A stretch of DNA of 64,000 nucleotides, from positions 12,740,633-12,804,632 of the forward strand of contig OZ037769.1 of NCBI GenBank assembly GCA_964035545.1, in the 5' to 3' direction. Below the pieces are notes generated by a model. That model saw only the letters and a program-made list of their open reading frames with translations. It had not been told where the DNA came from and ran no database searches. Of the stretch, positions 43,869 through 56,300 are shown piece by piece (the first letter of the stretch is position 1; each line of letters opens with the position of its first letter). Origin of the DNA: Bugula neritina. Taxonomy: Eukaryota > Animalia > Bryozoa. A program made the position numbers and the translations under genes.

Positions 43869-45258
43869 TATTTTCACTCTGTTTAACTGTGCTTTCTGTA
43901 ATATTTCTCACAAGACCTGTTGCTGAGATATTCAACGTACAGGTCAAAAATCAGACTACAGTTGAGTGATTCTCAACTTAACCCCTTTCCCCGCCCCCCC
44001 CCCCCCCCCGGCTCCCACCCTTTACAAACTATGAAAACCCAAATTTACCGTATTGCTCATCACATGGTAGTGAACAGTATTACCATTTATATATACGATA
44101 CTAAAACTTTTGCTATATTATTTATTCAAAAATAGAGTATGGTGCTGCAGTGTACCACTGTTATACTCACCAGCCGATTGCTGCGCTAACTCACCAACCA
44201 GTATAATGTCCAGCTAGCAGCTCAATGCTAAAGTAAAGTCTGTTGAACAAAATTCCCCTTTTGGGAAATTTAGCAGTTCGACTAATTGCCTTTTTTCCCC
44301 AGGAAACAGCATGCAAGCAAATGCTATAAATGACTCTTTCTGGCTCATGGCCAATGAGACTGTCAATTCTATCAGATCATGGAACTTCAATCCAATCACC
44401 TGCAAAATATCTTGCACATGATGAAACTCTGCTTATATCTTTGCCAATTTATATCTTTCCTTTATTGTCATGTTATGAAATGTTATATATACACTCTTCT
44501 GTTAAAATGTGCTTGGCAATTGGCATGGTTATGTATTAAGCACTGTTGGTTATCATTTTGAGATTCTGCATCAAATTTAGTAGTTCATGCATAGCTTTGT
44601 TGTTTAATTGCAGTAGTTGTGGTCTGATTAAGATATGCTAGATAAACCAATTGAGATACTGTTAGGTCCTCCATAAATTCCATAAAACTAGGCAATAGAT
44701 GCACTTTACACTCAACCCGCAGACTTTCATATACTTCATAGCATTACTCTTTGATAGCGTTGAGTAGTTTATTACACCGCTCACATCACCGTATCTTCTT
44801 TCCATCTTATCCCACTGTCGCTCGTAAGCATTAGGCTGGTGTGAACAAATAGATCTTATTCTGCACTATCAAGACAGCTTCTAAGAGCTGCCACTCAAAC
44901 GCTGCATATCCTCCAGACTGTGTGAAACTTGGCCCATTCACGACGTATGCCACATATGCCGCTAAACGTTGTTGTGTGCATTTTTATACCTATGTTTTAT
45001 ACTACTATAACAATAATAATCTGTAGATTTCAAAACATATGGTATTATAAATGAGAGGGAATCAATTTAGAGCGTCAACCCACTCTATTCATTTCTTTTG
45101 CTCTATTAGTCCAATATTATAAACTGAATAAAAATTTCACAATATAAGATTAAAAAACAGTAGCTGATAATATATTATCAATATAAATGAAAAAATGATA
45201 TAAAAATGTACTTGGCATGTTAAATGAATCACTAAGTCTTTAAGAAAATAGTTGTATA

Positions 45259-47941
45259 TCAGGAGGGTGGGTGCTTCAACTGTTCCAAAACATATTTATA
45301 CTTTTCAAGCTCCACTTTGAGTAGCCAGTTTTGATTGTATACTTTATATAGTTCTCCGTTGTCATGGTTACCCAATGGCCAAGGATAGTCACAGTGCGCC
45401 ACGTCTTTCTTAATAATATCAAGAGTGTCTTCTAGTATAGTAGCTGAGAGAGAAGTGTAGTTGATAAATGGGGAGTCTTCACTTAATATCCTGTACAAAG
45501 AATTTGAATAATCCATAAAGTATTTAATTAAATAAATTTAATTAACATGCTACAGCATATATTATATGTATATATTGTTCACTGTTTAACATTCACTGCA
45601 GAATAAAAAATGCTATCGAATAACTATCAAATATTGAGTGATATACTGTACATATACATCATATACTGACTATACCACAAACTATAATATACACTATACA
45701 AACTATAATATAAACTGAACAAACTATAATATACACTAGACAAACTATAATTTATACTATACTATTACACATATTATTCAATATAGATATACACTCTATT
45801 AACTATGCCCTACCATTAGCATTATACAAACTACACATACTATACTATACACTAACCTCACTATACTATACACTATACTATATATGTTACTATACACTAT
45901 ACTTACTTTACTATACATACTATACTATACACTATATTATATACGATACTATACACTATACTTACTATACTATGCACTATACTATACAATATACAATACA
46001 ATATACTTACTATACTATACACTACACTCACTGCTGTACACTTACCTAGCTCTAAGCTTCTTCTCCAAGGGCACACGCTCTTCCCTGGACACCATAGGAC
46101 TACATCTGATCTTCAATATATCCTTAATCATCTGCTGCAACACCCCTATTTCTGTCTGAGCTTCCTCTGTGATGTCATCAGCTTTACATAGTAGTCTGTC
46201 AACTGTCTTGGCTATTGGCTCCTTTCGACTCGCACCTGACAACAGGACACACCACATGCTATACTAGATGCTATAACTCGCAACAAAACATGCTATACTA
46301 GATGCTATAACTAGCAACAAAACACACCACATGCTATAATATATGCTATAACCCGTAATAAAATGCACCACATATATCTGCCTATAGCCTTCACAAAGTG
46401 ACCACATGGTACAAATAGTTTGCCATAATTGTAGTGCATTTGCCAGAAGTTAAGCAGAAGTTAGGCTTATGTTATCAAATATTAGATGCTATAACTTGAT
46501 TTGAATAAGCTGCTGAAAGGTTCAATGAGGAGGACACAACTCTACTGTGTTGTCTGTAGCTAATGGAGTGACTGAAGTCCCACTATTTACACTTTCTCAT
46601 TATATCCTCACACAAGTGGGAGTTGTCCCCTGCTATGTCTTGCTCAAATGGAAAAATAAACCAACTGCGTTAATAAAAAAATTCTGTATTGAATCGATAA
46701 AATATTTTAACGACAAACCTCTTTCACTCTCAAACAATTTCCTTTCATGCTGTAGCTCTGCCTCAGCTTTTTCCAGCCCTGAACATTTCTCCACTAACAG
46801 CTTCTCTCGGTTGTCTAAGTATCTTTTGTACAGAGCTGTAAATACACAGTGACTCATCTGTTACTCCCATCCCAATGACAAGGAACTCAATAATGACTCA
46901 TAAACGTCTCCTTGTCTTATGGTTCATTTATACCTTCACATTATTTTCAGCCAGAAATTTTATTTGGCCAAGTTGAAATTTCACCAAGTTGCATTGCATT
47001 GTAAAAGCTACTCAAAAATTTTGTTTTGTGATAACTTAATCAGCTGATTTAGAAATAATGATCAAAGAGAAAAAATAAATGCTTGTATTCATCGGTGTCT
47101 AATCTTATAATTGGATATATATAGGCTACTTTAATTATACCGACTGTCTTTCTCAATTATCGCTTTTATGCTGTCAACTTTACATTTTCAAAAGGCATCA
47201 AATAGCAATTAAGTGAGTCATACTTTAAGAGTCATACGAGCAGCCATGGTCTAGGGGTTAGAGCGTTTGCCTAGTAAACACGAAGGTCATGGATTCGAGC
47301 CCTGACAAAGGCCATTGGTGATGTTAGGAAGAGCATCCAGTCATAATTGCTCCTGTGCCTCATTTAAATAAGTCCTTAGCCCGCTTTAACAAAAACCCTT
47401 TCTATTAGGGGTTTCTCACAGGGGATAGTGACTATAAACTTGCGTGATTTTTTTATACAGAGTCATATTTTAGTACTAGAAAGTGAGCTTCTGCATGAAT
47501 ATGATTTCAACTATTTTCAGTACTTTAAGTATTTTCAGAATACTTTGACGAGTGATATTAACTGAAACTCGATACTCTTTTTTCAGAAAAGCTATAAACA
47601 CATCTTTAGCACTACATTTTCCAAAAACTTGAACTCAAAGTATTGCCTAAAACATGTTCCAGTACCACTAAACATTACGTAACTGAAAGACATAACATAT
47701 TAGTAAATTGTTTTAAAGCTTATAGAATACATCATGTTCATGGTAGTAGCTTACCGGTTGCAGCAATGCTGAAAAGGGGGACAGCAAGACGAAACGCAAG
47801 GTCTTTGGCATCAGTCCAATCTTTATTAGCATGGTACACTTGAGTAGCAAAACTGCATATGGAACTGACAATAGAATTACCTGCATCAGGTAATGGACCT
47901 CTGTTCAAATCGTTGGGTTCATTATCTGGAGGTATATTCAT
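45259..47941 (-). CDS. CCDC127: Coiled-coil domain-containing protein 127-like, ~241 aa
   Basis: Exons 47941-47755, 46835-46719, 46235-46046, 45490-45259 join in phase (726 nt). RLAVPLFSIAA hydrophobic segment, IRCSPMVSREERVPLEKKLRAR, DIIKKDVAHCDYPW and NGELYKVYNQNWLLKVELEKYKYV resemble vertebrate CCDC127 as I recall it. The start codon could lie further upstream. Confidence 0.75.
45660..46030. repeat. (ACTAT)n-rich and ~20-bp tandem repeats, intronic
   Basis: Visible directly. Confidence 0.9.
47238..47447 (+). mobile_element. tRNA-derived SINE, family 1 (most complete copy)
   Basis: A box TGGTCTAGGGG, B box GGATTCGAGCCC, core GGAAGAGCATCCAGTC, T-rich end. Confidence 0.85.
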
Positions 47942-49085
47942 GCCTGGACTGCGCCAACTACAAATATATATAATGAAGTTTTTTGCTTATAATCAATACA
48001 AAAATACTGAGTATCAGCATTTGAAATGTGCGCAACTAGTACATATATATTACATATTATCGGTTCCACTGTTGTCTTTTTGTATGTAATTTTGCACCAT
48101 TCTCAAAATATTTGTAGAATAGCTTTAGTTATACTGTTGACATATATTTTCATTTGTTCTAGGACTAAATGTATGCTTGGATTTATATTTTGATGGCAGA
48201 AAAAATTGATTAGGAAAAATATATACTTAAATGTAAAAAAATGGTGTGGCCAATTATAATGAACATAGTGAACATAATTAGTGGCCAAGTTGCTCCACTT
48301 CCTATGTGGTTCAACTATCCCCAAACTGTCAAAATATAACAAATTATTAACGTTATCTGCTTTGAGATCATGTTGAAAATACATGCCTGAATTAACTTGA
48401 CTTGGCTATTAAAACATTATTAGCATGGTTTCATTATTTTGTTTCACGAGGAACATTTACAGCACTCACTAGCACTGCTTCTGTTACTTATACTGCTGCT
48501 CCTACTACTGATGGTGAAGCAACAGCGGTAGCAGCACTAAAACAGCAGCAGCCGACAAAAAAATAATATAAATTTATATAACATTTAACATTTTACCACT
48601 TGCATAAATATTCAAAAGAATGTTTTAAAAGTTTACATGCATTTTGATGTGAAAATATTTATAGAAGAAATTAATTCAATTTTGAAGTTTGTTCTTTTTC
48701 CCATTCAAATATAAAATCCATATAAAAATGTGATTAAGCTAAAGAGTAAAGTAACTGAACATAAAGTTAATTTCAGCCATTGTTGGCCTATTAGCCCTTA
48801 GCTTTTGTTTTAGAATATAACAGAGCAAGTAAAGAGGCAAATAAAATGCATACGTCATCTAAAACATCACAATCCCACTTAAAACCAACTTAGAATCTTT
48901 TCTAGTATGCTTTGGCTTCATTATTAAACACATTAGAACAAATAATCATATTGCTATCTAAGCCAATAAAGATGGAAAGCAGATGATACTATACTGATAT
49001 TTCCTATATTTGTAAAAAAAATAACATAATAGAATGCTTATGACTGCAATTACTGGCATATGTTCGGAACTTAATTATATAAAAA

Positions 49086-49271
49086 CTCACGCAAGTTTAT
49101 AGTCGCTACCCCTGTGAGAAACCCCTGATGGAAAGGACTTGTTTAAATGAGGCACAGGAGCAATTATGATTGGATACTCTTCCTAACATCACCAGTGGCC
49201 TTTGTCAGGGTTCGAACCCATGACTTTGTGTTCACAAAGCAAACGCTTTAACCCCTAGACCACGGCTGCTC
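49086..49271 (-). mobile_element. tRNA-derived SINE, family 1
   Basis: Reverse complement of 47238-47447 with an internal deletion. Confidence 0.85.
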
Positions 49272-49705
49272 GAAATTTAATTATATAGCCTTGTTTAAAA
49301 AACAACAGCAAAAATAATTTAATTCAATAACGATATTATAGGCTTATAAATGAGAATGCCATGCCAATGTGTTAAGTTGATATATTACCGTGACTATTGA
49401 AATCGTCACCACTTATGTCCCCATGAAAAAATCTATCAGTAAAAACTAGAAAAATGATATTGATGAAATTGAAATTATTCAATACAACACCAAGTTTAGC
49501 TCTGCAACAGTTGTGTTATTTCAAATTGAAACTTTTTCAATTACTTTTATTTAGATTTATACAAGTAGTTTCAACTGGATAAGAAAGCCAGTATTGGCCT
49601 GGTAATATAGTAATAACAACTGGTAACATCAACCTTGAATATTCTTTTTTGAGGACTATTTTTCAATATTAAAAAGTTTGAGACTTGGAGATTCTAACTG
49701 GTTAA

Positions 49706-50025
49706 TTCCAGGTAGACAACCATCAATATACTCTACTTAGACAACCCCCCCCCCCAACTGGACAGCTTCCACTTAGACAAATTTATTTAGAAACATTAAG
49801 AATTAAAACAATTAAAGATATTTGATATTTGATAATTGCATTTATTTCAGTTTTATAGGTTATAAATCCCATGATTGTAAATTTTTAAGCCATTTTGCAC
49901 AGTTTTGAGGCCATGTTCACAAGTATGTAACTGAGGCCATGTACAGACGTCATATGCAGAGGTCTACAGCTGAAGCCTACTGATAATATTTGGGGTTGTT
50001 TAACTGGGGGCTGTCTAACTGGAAT
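49706..50025. mobile_element. Possible small foldback/MITE with subterminal TAGACAA repeats
   Basis: TTCCAGGTAGACAACC...TTAGACAACCCC...ACTGGACAGC at left; inverted GGGGTTGTTTAACTGGGGGCTGTCTAACTGGAA at right. Confidence 0.45.
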
Positions 50026-53000
50026 GACACTATTTTGTATATCCTATAAAAATAGATAATTTAAAATGTACGAAAACAAAAAAGCTAAAAAAGTCTCATT
50101 AGGGCATCGTCTTGTTCTCCAATAAATATTTTGAAAAGCAAATAATGTAATTTTAAGTAAGCCTAGTAGTCTATATGCTGTCATGCAAAAATAACAGAAG
50201 ACCTGCAAAAACTTTCTACGGTTTGAGAATTTCTTGTATCATAAAGAAGTTTGAGATTTATCGATACTGGTCAGCCTACTGTTCCAATATGAAAATGATT
50301 TAAAATAATAACCTTAATGCTGATCATAACCATAGTTAAATTGATGGTCCTCCTAAAGTTGCTACAGCTACAACTAAATCAGGATTTACCCATACGCGAA
50401 ATATTATTTATAATTTTAATAATTAGACTTACTCTTAGTCTTCGGAATAGACTTGAGATCATTACATATTAGTATTACTATTTTCTGTCAGTATTATAAT
50501 TGTTTTGATTATCAATTATCAAATTATCCTTATAGTTATAGTTACCGCTACCACAATTATTTTATCATAATGATCAAGTGATAATCCCCATAAGTATAGG
50601 CTATATCTATTAGTACTACCATAAGGCTATATGCATAACTATTACAACCATAATGATCATCATTGACAATGGTAATTATACTAATAATATTATTTATTAA
50701 CAATATTAGTATTACTATAAGTATAAGTATTACTATTAGTGTTACTATTACTATTAGTATTAGTGTTGGTATTAGTACTAGACTTAGTATTACTATTACT
50801 AATAGTATAATATTAGTATTACTCTCAGTAATAAAAATCAACATTTAATTTTAAGTGCTATACTAATCCTTTCCTTATGCTAATACTTATACTAAAGGTA
50901 AAAGTAATTCTAAAGCTAAGAGTAAGAGTACAGAATTTTTTAAAGTTTATCTAGATCTCCCCAAAGATTAAGTAGAATATCAACATGGATATGGAACTAA
51001 TAATTAAAATAATTGAAATTTAAACGATTAAACTTACAGGTAACTGATAAGTATATACCTATACTTATACTTATAGTTACAGTATAGATACTTCGAGTAT
51101 TCTATTTTAGTATTTAATTTATATCTGTTAGTGTTATACTTTAACTTTAAGTTTAAGTTAATAATTATAATATTAAACTTAATATATTTATAAGTATTTT
51201 CATATTAAAATATAAAATGTAATATATTAAAATTATACCATAATTATTATATAGAAACCACAGTTTGAATAGCAGTTTCATTAACATTATAAGTTATAAC
51301 AAATATTATAATGAAAATATTTTTGAGGTAGAGTGTTACAAATATTGTTACTAGTACTACTCGTTGAATTGCCAGGTAGGAAGTACTGATTTTATTTGAC
51401 TCGCTACAGTGACAATATGTTGATAAAACTCCATACAACGATGATATGGTAACATAACTCCTTAGTATAATAACAGTGTGTGATATGAATTACAAAGTAA
51501 TGCACCATCTCTCTAACTGCTAAATGTAGAGGCCAATTGTCACCAAGTAAAAAGAGAGTTTGTGAGAGAGAGCATTGAACGCTGAGGTTACTCTTGATAT
51601 GACGAAAAAAAGATATACTTTACTGGAACAAACCCTGAAGTCCTATGTTACTACCATGCATGATGGAGTTATCAACCAATACTTCACCCTGGCTACTTGT
51701 AAACAACCAATGAGTGGCTTATTTTCAGATTCTGTTCAATGCTAAAACTACTCTAAATATTCATGCATTTAAAGTTCATGAAATGTGACTAGTAAAATGT
51801 TTCATAGTTGGTTTACATGCAACGAAGGTATCTTGCGTGTCATCCAAACCAAAACATTATGGTGGTTAGCACACAGCAATGGTAATGCTCATGTTTATCA
51901 GTTCGGAAAAATATATATTTATAATTTGTAAAAGCATGTATTATATGAGTCATATTATGTGTACATGTATATTATATGATGATAAAATAGCTATAGGCAT
52001 ATGTCAAAGCAGTTCCATCCTGAAAGGGGAAGGGCTTGGCTTATATACATCAGTATATTTCCTGTTATGAAACACACTTCAAACTGTAGTAATTATTTAT
52101 AGAAACACTTTTAAAAGGAATTATCTATCGGAACTATATAGCAATTACAATAAAACAGTGGAGTTGTCTTCCATGGAAATATAAATACTTAATGCAGAGC
52201 AAGAATCTATACAGTAGAAAACTTTAACTTACCATTACAAATGAACAAAGATGTTGGTGACATCTTTACAATTATATAACTAACTGACTAGCAATAAACC
52301 ATCTTTCAATAACATTATTTAAAGCTTTTAGTAATTATATACAGGTAATATCTGGAGAAGGTAAGCCACTTTTGTTTATATAAAATAGATTGTTATAAAT
52401 ATCTTCACATAATATGGCAATTGCTGCATATATAAATAATTTATTTTTACTAAATAAAGCATAATTCTCCATTTTATACAGAAAATTTCAGGTTCATATG
52501 CTATATGTGTGTACTTATATATAAATATGAAAGAAAGACAATAGATGGTGTTTTGTATGTGACTTTGAGTATAGTAAACATTAGCCTCTTATAGCGGTTT
52601 TGAGAAAAAAACCTGCAGTTATAAATCAGGGTTTTTATTCCACAATATAAAAAGATTATATCACTCATATAGCAATTATATATTTTCATTAAGAATATAA
52701 AGCACAAAAATAAAATAAAATTGGTAAAATTATGCACCAATAATATCAATTACGATAAAATATTATACAAATTTATATAAATACCAAAAAGAACAATTAA
52801 TAGTACCTTAAAAATAAATATCTAACTGTGTATGGTATAAATATTGTTGATAGTTTATTTACAATAAATTAATTAATTAATAAACATGCATTATATATCC
52901 TCGACTGCATCGTAAAAATAAAAAAACTCCAAATGCATGACAATAATGTAATAATTGCTACTATTTTAGTTACTTGAATGGACAGTACCCATGACTCAAT

Positions 53001-53390
53001 GTTTATAATATGTTTATAGTCAGGAAGAAAGAGGATTTATAACAAAGCTAAAAATTACAGCAAAATACAAACATTACATAGCTAACATGAGATGAGTACA
53101 ATTAAGAAAATAAAGTATATATAATTATAGTAAAGTCTATATAAAGGCTCAATGTCTAAAATGTGAATAATTTTACTGTAAATATAAGATTATGATGAGC
53201 AAGCACAAAATGTAAACTGTTTACGAATGTTTTATAAAAATACTTAAATTCATTTGCTTAGTGTTTAAAATTGACACTAAGGGCTAATTGTCACTGCATG
53301 TTCTAAGTTAAAGACCAAACTCTCAAAATGCTTATCCATACACCAATTGATCGAAATTCCCATATTAGCAAGTAGCAAATTGTTAACTGC

Positions 53391-56300
53391 TTACACAGCA
53401 ACGGGCAAACTCAAAGCTGAATACAACCCTTCAGTTACACAAACTACTTCTGCATGTAGCTTAGCATCTTCAGGAGTTGCGTTCTCTTTGTCGGCTAAAA
53501 TTTTGTTCATGAGTTCTAAAGCAGAATGTGAATGTTCTAAAGACTGTGAAACATGTCCCAGATGTAACAACAAGTACGAGACGAACAAATGAACTTGGGC
53601 CAAAGACTTGGTTTTTAAATTAGAGCGCGAAAGGGACTCATAGTAACAGAGTGCTGAATATAAATATTCCCAACATTTCTTGTATTGTTGCAAATGAAGA
53701 CAACACTGTCCCAAGAAATAGTAAATGCTAGCCCGAGTATCCTTGCAATGGTCGGTAGGAGTGTGCTTGAGTGCTAATAGTAGAAAGCTCTTAGCTTGTG
53801 TGTATTTTGACGATTTGATCAGAGTGTGAGAAAGAGTGATCAACACTCTTCTGTAAAGAGCAAGATTAGGTGTCATACTTTCAGCTCTCTGCATCAAGGC
53901 TATCTTAAAGTAATGCTGAGATTGATTATATTGGCCCGCGTTGTGGTACAGTCTACCAATTTTATAGAAATTGTAGAATAAAACTACATGGTTAGGTTTG
54001 TCACCATGTATTGCTTTGGTCATGTCTAAAGAGAGGATGTGATAATGGAGTGAGGTCGTGTACTCACCTAAATCGGCATACACATCGCCAATATTAGAGT
54101 AGCTATTAGCAATATTACTATGGTTTGCTCTCCTACCATAGGCTGCTTTGTACATATCTAAGGCTTTTCTGTAAGCGTTGAGAGATGAGCTATAACTAGC
54201 CAGTTTGTGATAGGTTAAAGCTACATTGTTGTAAGTTGTAGCTATATCTGCATTAACTGCATCAATGCCATAGACAGCTAGCTTCATGTTTAAAGACTTC
54301 TGCAGATACTCTAAAGCTTTGCTATAGTTCCCCATATTTCTATGCACATCACCGATGTTACAATAGCCTACTGCAATATTTTGGTGCAATGCATCTCGAC
54401 CATATACAGCCAAGGCAATATCTATGAACTTGCTATAGTATTCCAAAGCTTCAATATAGCGGCCTTGAGTGCTATAAACAAAAGCGATATTGTTATAGCT
54501 GACAGCGATGTCAAAGTTCTTTGCGTCACTTCCATAGATAGCTAGCCTCGTATTCAAACATTTTGTATGGCAATCTAAGGCACTTTTGTAATCTCCTATG
54601 GCATTGTTTGTAGAACCCAGGTTGTTATAGCTGGAAGCAATGTCTGCATGTTTTGCATTGTCTCCGTAAAGAGCTAATTTTATTTCTAGTGATTTTTTCG
54701 AGTATTTTAAAGCATTTTTGTAATCACTCATACCTTCGTAGGCATTTCCTATATTGCCGTAGCTAGTGGCAGTGTTTGCATGAATGTCATCACCACCATT
54801 GATAGCAACTTCTAAGTTTAAAGACTTTTTGAAAAATTCTATTGCTTTTTCATATTCACCTAAACTGTCATACAAGCTGCCAATATTGTTATAAGTAGTA
54901 GCAATATCTGAATGCAATGCATCACAACCATAAATAGCCAGGGCCATCTTCAAAGATTTCTGAAAATAATCAAGGGCCTTTCTGTACTCCCCAATGCGTT
55001 GGTAGACAAGAGCAATATTGTTATAGCTCATATATATGTCTGGGTGGTTTGCATCTTTGCCATAGATGGCTAGTCTCATATCCAGAGATGTGAGAAGGTA
55101 TTCTAAAGACTTGTTATATTCACTCTTATGGCGATAAACAGTACCTATATTGCTGTAGATGGTGGCTATTTTAGGATGCATGGTTTCATGGCCAAATATA
55201 GCTAATCTCATTTCTAATGACAACTCATAATGCTCAAGGGCTTTGTTATAGTCTCCAATATAATCACAGTACAATTGAGCTAAGTTGTTGTAAGCGACTG
55301 CAATTTCTATGTGCACAGCATTCCTACCATAGATGGCTAACATTATATCTAAAGACTTTTGATGATGAGCCAAAGCTTCCTGGTACTCTGCCATATTTCT
55401 GTAAACGTTCCCAACATTACTGTGGCTAATCGCAAGTTGTTCATGTATGCCATCACAGCCATATATATCCAAATACATGTTCAAGGCTTTCTTTGAATGC
55501 GCCAACGCCTTGCTGTATTCACCTATTTTGCTGTAAACAACGCTAATGCTGCTATAACTACCAGCAATTTCTTTGTTGACTGCATGAGAGCCATAGGCAG
55601 CATGTCTCATGTCCAAAGCTTTTTGATAGGAATCCAACGAGGCAGTAAAATTTCCCAACTCGCAGTTTACGCTTCCAATATTGTGATAAGTTGTAGCAAC
55701 ATCTGCATGCATTGCACCGTGGCCATAGATGCTTAATTCTATAGACAAGCATTTCTCATAAGCCTCTAAAGCTCTGATATATTTCCCTGTGTTGGCATGA
55801 AGGCATCCTAGTTCATTATAGGTTGTTGATATATCCAAATGGTTCTTTTCGGTATAAACTTGCTTGTACATCTCGCACGATTTTTCAACATGCATTAAAG
55901 CTTGATCATAGAGGCACATGTCATGGTAAACTCGACCAACTCGAAGGTAGCATAATGCCATATTAGCACTTATACTATTCAAATCTGTACAAGCTTTTTC
56001 TATATTCAACATTTTTGCTTTTGCAACCAGGTTTACAGAGAATTTCCCCATTTCGCCATAAAACTGTTGAAACACTGGATGTTTTTCAACTTCACACAAG
56101 ACTTTGTTTGTAATTTCTATTGCTGTAGTGTGGTGATGCAAGGCAAGCTCACTCTCACCCAGCTGGCTGTACACTTTGCCATAAGCAGTGTTTAACTCTG
56201 CAACATTAATGTGGTGTGAATTTTCTTTAGACTTCAACAGCCTTTGAGCAGAAGCGAGATAAACTAATGCTGAAGCGTGCTCATGCTGATGACAATAAAA

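Noticed and set aside
50557-50848. Hydrophobic Ile/Leu-rich ORFs
   Set aside because: Low-complexity TAT/TAG sequence with no splice or motif support.
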